Shown: positions 28,275-37,525 of the stretch, one piece after another | Layout: each line of letters begins with the position of its first letter | Numbering within the stretch: the stretch's first letter is position 1 | From: Gemmatimonadales bacterium | GTDB lineage: Bacteria > Gemmatimonadota > Gemmatimonadetes > Gemmatimonadales > GWC2-71-9 | Direction: 5' to 3' | DNA: 64,000 bases | Assembly: GCA_039915685.1 (NCBI GenBank) | Contig: JBDSMU010000009.1 | Span: 406-64,405, forward strand | The notes under the pieces: model-generated | Told to the model about the DNA's origin: nothing | What the model saw: only the letters and a program-made list of their open reading frames with translations | Databases searched by the model: none | Translations under genes and position numbers: made by a program

Positions 28275-29633
28275 TCAGCGGGCGCTTCGTGCACGGGCCA
28301 CCAGCGCCGCGGCCTCGTCCTCTGTCGGTGCCTCCGCGATCAACCGGACAATCGGCTCGGTACCCGACGGCCGGACATGAAGCCACCGATCAGGCCACGA
28401 CAGCCGCAAGCCGTCCCGCCGATCGCTTTCGGCGTCGGGAAAGATCGCGGCGAGGGCGCTGTACTGCGCCTCGAGGTCCCCCCCCCGATCCATCTTGGCC
28501 TTCACGATGGCGTAGCGGGGGCTGCCAGCTACGAGCGCCGACAGCGACCGCCCCGCTGTTGCGAGGTATTGCAAGATGAGCGCCGCGGCGAGCGGGGCGT
28601 CCCGACCAACGTGGAGCGCGGGCAGGATCACCCCACCGTTCCCCTCACCGCCGATCACCGCCCCTTCTGCAACGATCACCCTTGCTACGTTGGCCTCCCC
28701 CACCGGGGCGCGAACGAACCGCGCACCACGACGGGTCGCTGCCTCCTCCACCACCAACGACGTCGAGAGGTTCGCTACCACCACCGATTGCGCCCCGGCC
28801 GGGACCCGGGCGAGCACCGCTGCAACCGCGAGGGCCAAGGTGTAATCCTCGCCGATGGGGGTACCGGTCTCGTCCACGAGCGCCAATCGGTCGACGTCGG
28901 GGTCGACCGCCATCCCGACGTCCGCCCCGCGTTCCCGCACCAGTTCGGCGAGGTCGCCAAGGTTGGCCGGCACGGGCTCGGGCTCGTGGGGGAAGCGTCC
29001 ATCGGCGTCAAGATGAATCCCGCTGACCTTCACGCCCAGACGGTCGAAGAGCCGAAGCATGGTGGGGCCGCCGGCGCCTCGCACCGCATCGAGGGCGACG
29101 TGGAAACCTGCCTTGTTGATGACGTCAACATCGATCTCCGGGAGTTCGAGGATCGCGTCGAGGTGCCGTTCGATGGCCGTGTGGTCCTGCGTGAGTCCGC
29201 CAATCCGGTCCCACCCGCTGCGGGGCGGACCGGCTTCGGCGAGCTGCCGAACCTGAGCCCCGGCCTCCGCGTCGAGGAATATTCCGTCGGGTCCGACGAA
29301 CTTGAGCGCGTTCCACTCGATCGGATTGTGGCTGGCGGTGATGATCAGTCCGGCACCAGCACGGTGGTATTCGACGGCCATCTGCACCGTGGGTGTGGGC
29401 ACGACCCCAACGTCGATCACGTCGATCCCGACCGATTGGAATCCTGCGGCAGCGGCCAGAGTGAACATCGGACCAGATGTGCGCGCATCGCGGCCGATCA
29501 CCACCGATCGCCCTCCGCGCGACGTGACCCACGACCCCAAGGCCGCGGCATGCCGCGCCACCAGTTCGGGCGTGAGGTCCTTTCCGACATGCCCGCGCAT
29601 CCCGGAAACAGAAATCATCAGCGTCTCAGACAT
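28275..29633 (-). CDS. Phosphohexomutase family, probably phosphoglucosamine mutase given linkage to glmS
   Basis: Active-site TASHNP, metal loop DPDVDR, sugar-binding GGEGNGG. Start trimmed to MSETLMISVSGMRG (ATG at 29633). Confidence 0.88.
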   Translation of the reverse strand: MSETLMISVSGMRGHVGKDLTPELVARHAAALGSWVTSRGGRSVVIGRDARTSGPMFTLAAAAGFQSVGIDVIDVGVVPTPTVQMAVEYHRAGAGLIITASHNPIEWNALKFVGPDGIFLDAEAGAQVRQLAEAGPPRSGWDRIGGLTQDHTAIERHLDAILELPEIDVDVINKAGFHVALDAVRGAGGPTMLRLFDRLGVKVSGIHLDADGRFPHEPEPVPANLGDLAELVRERGADVGMAVDPDVDRLALVDETGTPIGEDYTLALAVAAVLARVPAGAQSVVVANLSTSLVVEEAATRRGARFVRAPVGEANVARVIVAEGAVIGGEGNGGVILPALHVGRDAPLAAALILQYLATAGRSLSALVAGSPRYAIVKAKMDRGGDLEAQYSALAAIFPDAESDRRDGLRLSWPDRWLHVRPSGTEPIVRLIAEAPTEDEAAALVARARSAR

Positions 29634-29847
29634 GCACCGTACCGTCTCGATAAGGGGGGATGGACCCCGCGGACTGCGCGGAACCATCGTCGGGGAAGGT
29701 GTGACACTGCAGGAGACGAATTCACGTTCCCTCCGATCACGGGAAGCTATCGGAGGGCAAAGGCGCCGACAAATGCCCTCACCATTTCGCCTTGCCGGCC
29801 AACTGGCCGTCCGGTAACGTTCCGGCTTCCTTCAAGCGGGCGCTCAG

Positions 29848-31014
29848 ATGACCCAGCGCAAAGACAACGACGTGTCCGGCGGGATCGCAACCACCGCGGT
29901 GCACGCTGGCAAGCATCACGACCCATACGCCGGTGCCGTGATGCCACCGATCTACCAGACGTCGACCTACGTCCAGGAGACCTTGGGCGCGCCGCTGGGC
30001 TACGAGTATGCCCGAACCCAGAATCCCACCCGCGAGGCACTTGAGCGCAACCTTGCGGCGCTGGAGGGCGGCACGCATGGATTTGCCTTCGCCTCGGGAC
30101 TGGCCGCGCTCGACGCCGTCCTCAAGCTGCTCCGGGCTGGCGACCATGTGGTGGTCGGATCCAATATCTACGGCGGCTCGCACCGGCTGATGGAGCGGGT
30201 CTTCGCTGAGTTCGGCATCGAGTTCACGTTCGTCGACATGCGCGATACCGCGATGGTCGATGCAGCGCTCCGCGCGTCGACCCGAATGGTGTACTGCGAG
30301 ACGCCGACAAATCCGATGATGTTTCTGACCGACCTGCAGGCAATCGGCGACATCGCGCAGGCGCGCGGACTCGTCTTCGTGGTGGACAACACCTTTGCCA
30401 CGCCCGTGCTGCAGCGCCCGCTCGAGCAGGGCGCGGACATCGTGCTCCATTCCACAACCAAGTACCTGAATGGACACTCCGACGTTATCGGCGGCGCATT
30501 GATCGTCCGCCGCGACGACCTCGCCGAGCGCATTGGCTTTCTGCAAAACGCCTCGGGGGCGGTGCCCGGACCGTTCGATTGCTGGCTGGTGCTGCGCGGC
30601 GTAAAAACCCTGCCGCTCCGGATGCGCGCTCATTGCGAAAACGCAGCACACATCGCCGACTGGCTCACCAGCCGCCGCGACGTCGGACAGGTCTACTTCC
30701 CGGGCCTCGCGACACATCCGCAGCATGAGTTGGCGAAGCGGCAGATGTCGGGGTTCGGGGGAATGATCTCGCTTGACCTCGGCGATGTCGCACGAGCGAG
30801 ACGGGTGGTTGAGTCGACCCGCCTCTTTGCCTTGGCCGAATCGCTCGGTGGGGTCGAGTCGCTTATCGGCCATCCGGCGTCGATGACACACGCATCCGTC
30901 CCGATGGCGATGCGCGAAGAGATGGGCCTGACTGATTCACTGGTGCGGCTATCGGTCGGCATCGAGGACGTGGATGACCTGGTCGCAGACCTGGATCAGG
31001 CGCTGTCGGCGTGA
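29848..31014 (+). CDS. Cys/Met-metabolism PLP-dependent enzyme (cystathionine gamma-synthase / beta-lyase / gamma-lyase family)
   Basis: Family-wide motifs: YARTQNPT, PLP-lysine context STTKYLNGHSD, ESLGGVESL, RLSVGIED. Confidence 0.92.
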   Translation: MTQRKDNDVSGGIATTAVHAGKHHDPYAGAVMPPIYQTSTYVQETLGAPLGYEYARTQNPTREALERNLAALEGGTHGFAFASGLAALDAVLKLLRAGDHVVVGSNIYGGSHRLMERVFAEFGIEFTFVDMRDTAMVDAALRASTRMVYCETPTNPMMFLTDLQAIGDIAQARGLVFVVDNTFATPVLQRPLEQGADIVLHSTTKYLNGHSDVIGGALIVRRDDLAERIGFLQNASGAVPGPFDCWLVLRGVKTLPLRMRAHCENAAHIADWLTSRRDVGQVYFPGLATHPQHELAKRQMSGFGGMISLDLGDVARARRVVESTRLFALAESLGGVESLIGHPASMTHASVPMAMREEMGLTDSLVRLSVGIEDVDDLVADLDQALSA

Positions 31015-31081
31015 GTTGCAACGTGAAACAAATGAAACGGGTGGGTCGTACGGCGAGGGATCCTCAACCTTCGAGTATGTG

Positions 31082-32107
31082 ATGACCACGCTCCCGGCTG
31101 CCCGACCGCGCGTCGCCCTCCCCGAAATTTCCGGCGTTTCGTGGGAACATCCTGCTGACCGCGCCGCCCTGCAGGCGCTGCGCGCGGTTCCCGGCGTCGA
31201 CGAAGTCATTCGCAGGATCCTCGGGATCCTTGGCGGCGAACGCGGCATCCGACTTCTCTTCCAGGGCAATGCGGTGCGGGTCGGGCCGACGCAATATCCG
31301 CTGCTCTGGGGACTCCACGTCGAGAACTGCGCCACCTTCGGGTGGGAGCGCATCCCTGAGCTCTTCGTCACTCAAACACCGGTGTTCAACGCCGGTGCGT
31401 ACGGCATCGACGATCCGTTCATCGTCATCCATACATCGGCGATCGAGCTCCTCGACGAGGGCGAGATGCGCGTGCTGCTCGCCCATGAGCTGGGGCACGT
31501 GGTAAGCGGGCATTCGCTCTACCGGACGATGGCCGAGATCATGCTCCTCGTTTCGTTTGGCGCACTCCCGTTGATCGCCTCGATCGTCCTGCTCCCCGTT
31601 CGGCTCGCGTTCCTGGAGTGGTATCGCAAGTCGGAGCTGTCGTCGGATCGTGCGGGCCTGCTGGGGTCGCAGGACCTGGCGGCGACGATGCGGCTCTTCA
31701 TGAAGATGGCAGGCGGGGGCAACACGGCGATCGTGCGCCCGGGCGACCTCAATCTCGAGCCGTTCATGGTGCAGGCCAACGAGTACGCAGCGTCAAATGA
31801 AGGGCTCGACCTGGTGTACAAGATCGTCAACACGCTGGCCCTGACGCACCCGATGAACGTCGTTCGAGCCGCCGAGGTGCAGCGATGGGTGCAGGGCGGT
31901 GCATACGAGCGGATCCTTCGGGGCGAGTACACTCGGCGCGGCGCCGAGACGAAGGACCGGCCGTTCGGCGACGACGTGCGGGCGGCGGCGGGTCACTACA
32001 AGTCCGAGTTCGCGGACGCGGCCGACCACCTCAAGAATGCCGCGCGCCGCGCCGCTGAACGCGCCAAGGACGCGTTCAACGACGCCCGCACAAAGGATCC
32101 GGCATGA
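31082..32107 (+). CDS. M48-family Zn metallopeptidase
   Basis: HELGHVVSGH zinc motif followed by TM segments. The stop overlaps the purD ATG (ATGA). Start is ATG 31082, or GTG 3 nt upstream. Confidence 0.82.
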   Translation: MTTLPAARPRVALPEISGVSWEHPADRAALQALRAVPGVDEVIRRILGILGGERGIRLLFQGNAVRVGPTQYPLLWGLHVENCATFGWERIPELFVTQTPVFNAGAYGIDDPFIVIHTSAIELLDEGEMRVLLAHELGHVVSGHSLYRTMAEIMLLVSFGALPLIASIVLLPVRLAFLEWYRKSELSSDRAGLLGSQDLAATMRLFMKMAGGGNTAIVRPGDLNLEPFMVQANEYAASNEGLDLVYKIVNTLALTHPMNVVRAAEVQRWVQGGAYERILRGEYTRRGAETKDRPFGDDVRAAAGHYKSEFADAADHLKNAARRAAERAKDAFNDARTKDPA

Positions 32108-33396
32108 GGCTGCTGATAGTCGGTGGCGGGGGCCGCGAGCATGCGCTCGCGTTGGCACTCGCCACCGACGACCCGGGGCACGAGATCTTCGTGGCCCCCG
32201 GCAATCCCGGCACCGCGCCGTTCTGCACCAACCTCTCCATTGCCGCCGATAACATTGACGAACTGGTCCGCGTCACCTCGACCCGTTCGATCGACCTCGT
32301 GGTAATCGGCCCGGAATTGCCGCTCGCCCTCGGGCTCGCCGATGCGCTGCGGGACGAGGGCCATGCTGTTTTCGGTCCAGGCGCCGCGGCGGCCCGGATC
32401 GAATCGTCGAAGGCCTTCTCGAAGGACGTGATGCGCGCAGCCGGCGTGCCCACCGCGGCGAGCGAGGTGTTCACGGCGCTTTCGCCCGCACTCGCATGGG
32501 TCGACGTCCACGACGAGCCACTCGTGGTCAAGGCATCGGGGCTCGCCGCGGGCAAGGGCGTGGTGGTGTGCGCCACGCGCGCGGAGGCGCGTGCGACGGT
32601 CACATCGATGCTCGGCGAACACACGTTCGGCGAGGCGGGCGACGAGGTGGTGATCGAGTCGTTCCTGCATGGTGAGGAACTGTCGGTATTCGCGGTCACC
32701 AACGGCACCGACATCCGGCTCCTCCCGGCCGCGCAGGACCACAAGCGCCTTCTCGATGGAGACTTCGGACCCAACACCGGCGGAATGGGGGCCTACGCGC
32801 CGGTAGCGATCGCCACCGCATCACTGCTCGACCGAGTTGAGCGGGAGGTGGTGCGACCAACGCTGGAGGAACTCGCGCGACGCGGTGCGCCGTTCGTCGG
32901 GGTGCTCTACGCGGGACTCATGATCGCCCCGGACGGCACGCCGAACGTCGTCGAATTCAACTGCCGCTTCGGCGACCCGGAAGCCGAGGTGATCCTGCCA
33001 CTGGTGAAGTCAGGACTGACCGCGCTCCTGGGCGCGGCGGCGCGCGGCGAACCGTTGCCCGAGATTGACCTGCACGACGCCGCGGCGGTCACCGTGGTGC
33101 TGGCGGCGGGCGGGTATCCGGAGTCACCGAGGCGCGGTGATGTCATCACGATGCCGGAGAACCCCCCCGCCGGGGTCACCGTCTTCCATGCAGGCACCCA
33201 CTCGGAGGACGACGGCGCGCTCGTCACCAGTGGCGGCAGGGTGCTCGCCGTCACAGCGGTCGCACCGACCTTCGAGGACGCACTGGAGCAAAGCCGCGCC
33301 ACCGCAGAGTTGATCGGGTTCGAGGGAAAGCAGATGCGGCGGGATATTGGATGGCGGGAGCTGGCGCGTAGGAAGGTTGGGAGCCGTACGCCGTAA
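32104..33396 (+). CDS. purD: Phosphoribosylamine--glycine ligase
   Basis: MRLLIVGGGGREHALA start, ATP-grasp motifs, EFNCRFGDPE. Confidence 0.96.
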   Translation: MRLLIVGGGGREHALALALATDDPGHEIFVAPGNPGTAPFCTNLSIAADNIDELVRVTSTRSIDLVVIGPELPLALGLADALRDEGHAVFGPGAAAARIESSKAFSKDVMRAAGVPTAASEVFTALSPALAWVDVHDEPLVVKASGLAAGKGVVVCATRAEARATVTSMLGEHTFGEAGDEVVIESFLHGEELSVFAVTNGTDIRLLPAAQDHKRLLDGDFGPNTGGMGAYAPVAIATASLLDRVEREVVRPTLEELARRGAPFVGVLYAGLMIAPDGTPNVVEFNCRFGDPEAEVILPLVKSGLTALLGAAARGEPLPEIDLHDAAAVTVVLAAGGYPESPRRGDVITMPENPPAGVTVFHAGTHSEDDGALVTSGGRVLAVTAVAPTFEDALEQSRATAELIGFEGKQMRRDIGWRELARRKVGSRTP

Positions 33397-33403
33397 GCGA
33401 CGA

Positions 33404-33459
33404 TCCGTCCTCCGTTCTCCGTTCTCCGTTCTCTAGTCTCTAGTCTCTCTCTTCACCTC
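33404..33459 (+). repeat. Eight tandem heptamers (TCCGTCC TCCGTTC x3 TCTAGTC x2 TCTCTCT TCACCTC)
   Basis: Parsed directly. Fills the spacer between convergent purD (stop 33396) and mutM (stop codon 33453-33455). Confidence 0.85.
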
Positions 33460-34277
33460 TGGCACCTCCGACAAAACACCGTTGCCCGATTATCGATGGC
33501 GTGAGTTGTCGCCAGCATGGCGCCGCAGATCCGACACGGCTGGCCGCCGCGGCCGTAAACGGTGAGCGATTGCTGGAACCTGCCTTCCTCCCCCGCCGAC
33601 GACACGTAATCACGGATCGTCGAGCCACCGCTGTCGATGGCAGCCTGGAGGATTCGCCGCACCTCGCCATGCAACGCGACAAGCTTACGGCGAGAAACCT
33701 TGCTGGCCGGCGTGCGCGGGTTGATTCTCGCCGAGAACAGTGCCTCATTCGCGTAGATGTTGCCCACTCCCACGACGTGCCGCTGGTTCATCAGCACTTT
33801 CTTGATCGCCGACGCTGACTGTGCCATGCGGTCAGCGAACTGCTCGGCTGTAAACGCCGGATCGAGTGGTTCGCGCCCGAGACGTGAGGCGTAACTATTC
33901 CAGCCCGCATCGTCGACCCATCGGATCGTTCCGATCCGTCGTACATCGCGGTAGATCAACGTTGACTTGTCGTCGAGCTCGCACTGGAGCACGGCGTACT
34001 GACGGAGGGCAGTGGTCATCCGCCCAACGTGGTGCATCAATGTGCCGCTCATGCCTGGCTGGACGGCGAGAATGCCCCGGTCTGTATGGAGCAGCGCATG
34101 CTTGGCCCGACGATCGATCCCGGTGATGGTCGAGCCGATCAAGCCCTGATGCAGCTCGCGACGAGTAACTCCATCGAGGATGTCGTCGTGCGACAGGTGG
34201 ACGCCAAGGATGCGCCGACCGGTAAGCACCGGGCGCAACTGGCGAACGAGGGTTTCGACTTCCGGAAGTTCTGGCAT
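33453..34277 (-). CDS. mutM: Formamidopyrimidine-DNA glycosylase
   Basis: MPELPEVE N-terminus, H2TH region, C-terminal zinc finger CRICG...CRRCQ. The 165-aa N-terminal extension in the track is antisense to malQ and was rejected. Confidence 0.93.
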   Translation of the reverse strand: MPELPEVETLVRQLRPVLTGRRILGVHLSHDDILDGVTRRELHQGLIGSTITGIDRRAKHALLHTDRGILAVQPGMSGTLMHHVGRMTTALRQYAVLQCELDDKSTLIYRDVRRIGTIRWVDDAGWNSYASRLGREPLDPAFTAEQFADRMAQSASAIKKVLMNQRHVVGVGNIYANEALFSARINPRTPASKVSRRKLVALHGEVRRILQAAIDSGGSTIRDYVSSAGEEGRFQQSLTVYGRGGQPCRICGAMLATTHAIDNRATVFCRRCQR

Positions 34278-34403
34278 CGGGCGGCTTCGGCTCGTGGTTC
34301 GGGAACGGCGCGCTTGACGTGCTGCCAATGATGCACGTAGGATAGCGCCGCCCCTCACGATGCCGCACCATCCCCTCGCCCCCCAATTCACCAGGAACGT
34401 GCC

Positions 34404-36329
34404 TTGGACGATCGGTCGGCGCTTCAGCTCCTCGCGCAGCGTATGGGCGTGCACACCACCTACACTGACGGACTCGGGGCCGTTCGCAGCGCCTCCGACG
34501 ACACGTTGGCAAAGGTGTGTCGCGCCCTCGGTGCACCGCTCGAGGGCCCAAGTGAAGCTGGCGCGGCGCTGGAGCAGGTACTGGACAGCGCGATGAAGGT
34601 GTTGCCCCCGGCAGTGATCGTGGCGTGGAATGGCAACTTCGCGGCACCGGTGGGCGACCCCGACAGCCCCGCGACGCTCCTCCTTGAGTCTGGGGTGGTG
34701 GTGGAGACCACCACGAAGGGCGGAATGATCGGCGTGAACAGCACGCTGCCCTTCGGATATCACATGTTGCATACCACGGTGAACGGCGAGAAGTACTCAT
34801 CGACCGTGATCAGTGCCCCGGTGCAGGCCTGGCGCCGCGCAGAAACACGCTCAGCGTGGGGGGTGGGCACCCATTTGGCCGCGCTGCGTTCGGCGCGCAG
34901 TAGGTCGGTCGGTGATCTTAGAGACCTCAGGACTGCATGCGGGTGGGTCGCCGCGCGCGGTGGCGACACCATGACCATCCTGCCCCTCCTTCCCACTTTC
35001 AATACCGGCGACGTCGAACCAAGCCCGTACTCCCCGGTGACTCGGCTGTTCTGGTCGGAGCTGATCCTCGATCTGGGCGATGCGCACGTTGCAACCGGTC
35101 CGATTGACCGCCTCGACGTCGCGCGTGCACACCTCGAAGTCGCGAATGCCCTGCCGCGCCTTCCGGAGCCCGACCTGTCGATCGCGGGTGATGAATTGCG
35201 CCGTTATGCGCGCTTTCGCGGTGCGCAAGCACGACTCGGTCGAGACTGGCAACGCTGGCCAGCGCCGGCACGCTCCGGGACACTTACCGCAGACGATGTC
35301 GATCCAGTCACCGAGCGATTTCATCTCGTTGCGCAGCTCTTGACGTCGGCCCAGCTCGGCACGCTTGCCGGCGAACTCGCCGCCTCGCGATTTCGCCTCG
35401 GGCTCGACCTGGCGCTTGGCGTGCACCCGGACGGCTACGACATGTGGTCGCGGCCGGGTCTGCATGCCCTCGAGATGTCGGTGGGCGCCCCTCCCGATGG
35501 CGGGTTCCCGAGCGGGCAGGACTGGGGATTTCCGCCCATCATCCCCGAGGCATCACGGGCGGAGGGCCATCGCTACCTGGCTCGCTCGATCGCACACCAG
35601 ATGGCGGTGGCCGGGGTGCTCCGCATCGATCATGTAATGGCGCTGACCCGCCTGTACTGGATCCCGCAAGGCGCCGGGCTGCACGACGGCACCTACGTGA
35701 CGTATCCCCTCGAGGAATTGCTCGCCGTGGTGACCCTTGAATCGGTCCGCCACCGATGCGAGGTGATCGGCGAGAATCTCGGTACGGTGCCGGCCGAGTT
35801 CGCGTCGACGCTGCCGCGACACCATATCTGGGGGATGTATCTCGCACAGTTCGCCGCCGCCGGTTCCACCGTCGTTGTTCCCGCCGCGACAGAGGTGGCC
35901 CTGATCGGCACCCACGACACACCCACGCTCGCTGGATGGCTCGCAGCCGAGGATGTCGAAGAGCGAGTGCAGCACAATCTGCTTTCCGCAGGCGGTGCGG
36001 ACGATGTGCGTACCGCCCGCCGCACCAATGTCGTCCGACTGGCCGACGGACTCGGTCGCGACCCCAACGACGCCGAGGCGATGCTACTGGGTCTGCTTGG
36101 CTGGCTCGGCGCGTCGGCGTCACCGCTCGTGATCCCGTGGATTGAGGATCTGTGGTTGGAGGTGCGCGGGGTCAACCTTCCCGGGACGCACTCGTCGGCA
36201 CGCCCCAACTGGCAGCGACCGATGGCGCGCCTTCTAGACGACGTGGTGGTCGATCCCGTGATTGCGGCCCGTACGATCGTCCTCGACGCTGCCCGGCAGG
36301 CGTCAGACGCGCGACGAGAGCGAGCCTGA
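34404..36329 (+). CDS. malQ: 4-alpha-glucanotransferase (amylomaltase, GH77)
   Basis: GH77 motifs: RIDHVM, GENLGTVP, THDTPT. The N-terminal about 120 aa is an extra domain. Confidence 0.88.
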   Translation: MDDRSALQLLAQRMGVHTTYTDGLGAVRSASDDTLAKVCRALGAPLEGPSEAGAALEQVLDSAMKVLPPAVIVAWNGNFAAPVGDPDSPATLLLESGVVVETTTKGGMIGVNSTLPFGYHMLHTTVNGEKYSSTVISAPVQAWRRAETRSAWGVGTHLAALRSARSRSVGDLRDLRTACGWVAARGGDTMTILPLLPTFNTGDVEPSPYSPVTRLFWSELILDLGDAHVATGPIDRLDVARAHLEVANALPRLPEPDLSIAGDELRRYARFRGAQARLGRDWQRWPAPARSGTLTADDVDPVTERFHLVAQLLTSAQLGTLAGELAASRFRLGLDLALGVHPDGYDMWSRPGLHALEMSVGAPPDGGFPSGQDWGFPPIIPEASRAEGHRYLARSIAHQMAVAGVLRIDHVMALTRLYWIPQGAGLHDGTYVTYPLEELLAVVTLESVRHRCEVIGENLGTVPAEFASTLPRHHIWGMYLAQFAAAGSTVVVPAATEVALIGTHDTPTLAGWLAAEDVEERVQHNLLSAGGADDVRTARRTNVVRLADGLGRDPNDAEAMLLGLLGWLGASASPLVIPWIEDLWLEVRGVNLPGTHSSARPNWQRPMARLLDDVVVDPVIAARTIVLDAARQASDARRERA

Positions 36330-36423
36330 TGCGAGGACTGACTCCCGAGAAGGGCGACAACCGCTGGTTCTGAATCGCTGTGGTGCGATTGTGTCCTTAG
36401 CGCCCAGCAGACCGTCAACATGC

Positions 36424-36966
36424 ATGAACGGTCGACATCCGGATGGTCCCGTGAGCGCGACCCCAACGAGGAGTCAATCAGTGGCCAAACCGCAGGCCCC
36501 CGCCAAGAGCAAGATCGAAACAATCTCCCGCGCACGCCTCATCGAGCTGCTCAATGAAGACCTCGCGCGCGAGTATCAGGCTATCATCGCGTACGTGGTG
36601 TATTCGCAGGTGATCACCGGCGCACGGTACATGGCGATCGCCAAGGAATTGGAAGTGCACGCCAAGGAAGAGTTGGTGCACGCGCTCACCCTCTCCAAGC
36701 AAATCGACTACCTGGGCGGCACGCCCACGGTCACGCCGAAGCCGGTGAAAATGTCTGACCGGGCGGAAGACCTGCTGCGGTTCGATCTCGATAACGAGAC
36801 CGAAACGATCCGGGCATACCAGACGCGGGTGCGTCAGTGCGAGGCGCTCGGCGAATTTGCCATGGCGGAGCACATTCGCGATATCCTGAAGCAGGAACAG
36901 GAACACCTGATCGACCTCGCTGCCGCCCTCGGTGAGAGCCCGCCCGACATGACGTCCCGCGCCTGA
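36424..36966 (+). CDS. Ferritin-like / bacterioferritin-family protein
   Basis: Four-helix ferritin-like di-iron ligand pattern (EYQAIIAY, EELVHA, ETETIRAY, EQEHL). Start uncertain: ATG 36424, or GTG near 36481. Confidence 0.72.
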   Translation: MNGRHPDGPVSATPTRSQSVAKPQAPAKSKIETISRARLIELLNEDLAREYQAIIAYVVYSQVITGARYMAIAKELEVHAKEELVHALTLSKQIDYLGGTPTVTPKPVKMSDRAEDLLRFDLDNETETIRAYQTRVRQCEALGEFAMAEHIRDILKQEQEHLIDLAAALGESPPDMTSRA

Positions 36967-36972
36967 TCGGCG

Positions 36973-37422
36973 CTACCGATCGAGGTCCGCGATCAAGGCC
37001 TTCATCTCTCCGATCTCGCGCCGCTGCGCCTCGATGATCCCGTCGGCGAGACGCCGCACCCGCGGGTCGGTGATGGTCGCCCGCTCGCTGGTCAGGATGG
37101 CAATCGAGTGGTGCGGGATCATGGCGCGCATCCATGACACGTCTTCGACGGTCGCCTGACTGCGCACCAGCCAGAGTGAGAGCGCGAATACCACAGCACT
37201 GCCGGCGTATATCGCGGTGTTGAGGAGGCGGTCCTCGTACATTTTCTGCATGAACATCAACATCACGACCGCCATCACGGCACCCATCAGGAGCGCCATG
37301 TACGCGCGGGTCTGACTGAAGAAGAGGTGATCGGCCGAGTAGGTGTTGAGGTACATCAGGCCGAACATAATGACCGTAGCAGTGCCGATCATGGCGCTGA
37401 ACTTCCGGTAGGGATGCATCAT
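36973..37422 (-). CDS. DUF305-family membrane protein (metal-homeostasis associated family)
   Basis: Three TM segments then MIPHHSIAI...EAQRREIGEMK, typical of DUF305. Start at MMHPYRKF. Confidence 0.7.
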   Translation of the reverse strand: MMHPYRKFSAMIGTATVIMFGLMYLNTYSADHLFFSQTRAYMALLMGAVMAVVMLMFMQKMYEDRLLNTAIYAGSAVVFALSLWLVRSQATVEDVSWMRAMIPHHSIAILTSERATITDPRVRRLADGIIEAQRREIGEMKALIADLDR

Positions 37423-37525
37423 TTGGTGTTCTCCCAAGGGTTCGGATTCGGTCCCGAAAGCGCTGCGGGGACTCGCCAGCAATGACGAGTCCCCGTAGCA
37501 ATCATGCACCGTGAGCGGCAAAACG

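Noticed and set aside
29634-29847. Assignment of the Cys/Met gene leader to a known SAM riboswitch class (SAM-I/S-box, SAM-II, SAM-IV)
   Set aside because: Fragments resemble S-box pieces (GGAGGG, AAGGCGCC, GCCGGCCAAC), but their order and spacing do not fit the SAM-I/IV architecture and no SAM-II pseudoknot core is visible. It is kept only as an unclassified candidate.
27840-30044. 734-aa ORF spanning the antisense of the glmS 5' end and all of the phosphohexomutase gene
   Set aside because: It crosses an intergenic spacer and two strongly supported genes on the opposite strand. It is Arg/Pro/Gly/His-rich low-complexity with no domain, as expected for stop-codon-poor antisense frames in G+C-rich DNA.
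34278-34772. 165-aa N-terminal extension of the mutM ORF
   Set aside because: Fpg must begin with the Met-Pro-Glu-Leu-Pro-Glu-Val N-terminus, because the processed Pro is catalytic. That motif is found at 34277. The extension overlaps the divergent malQ start region.
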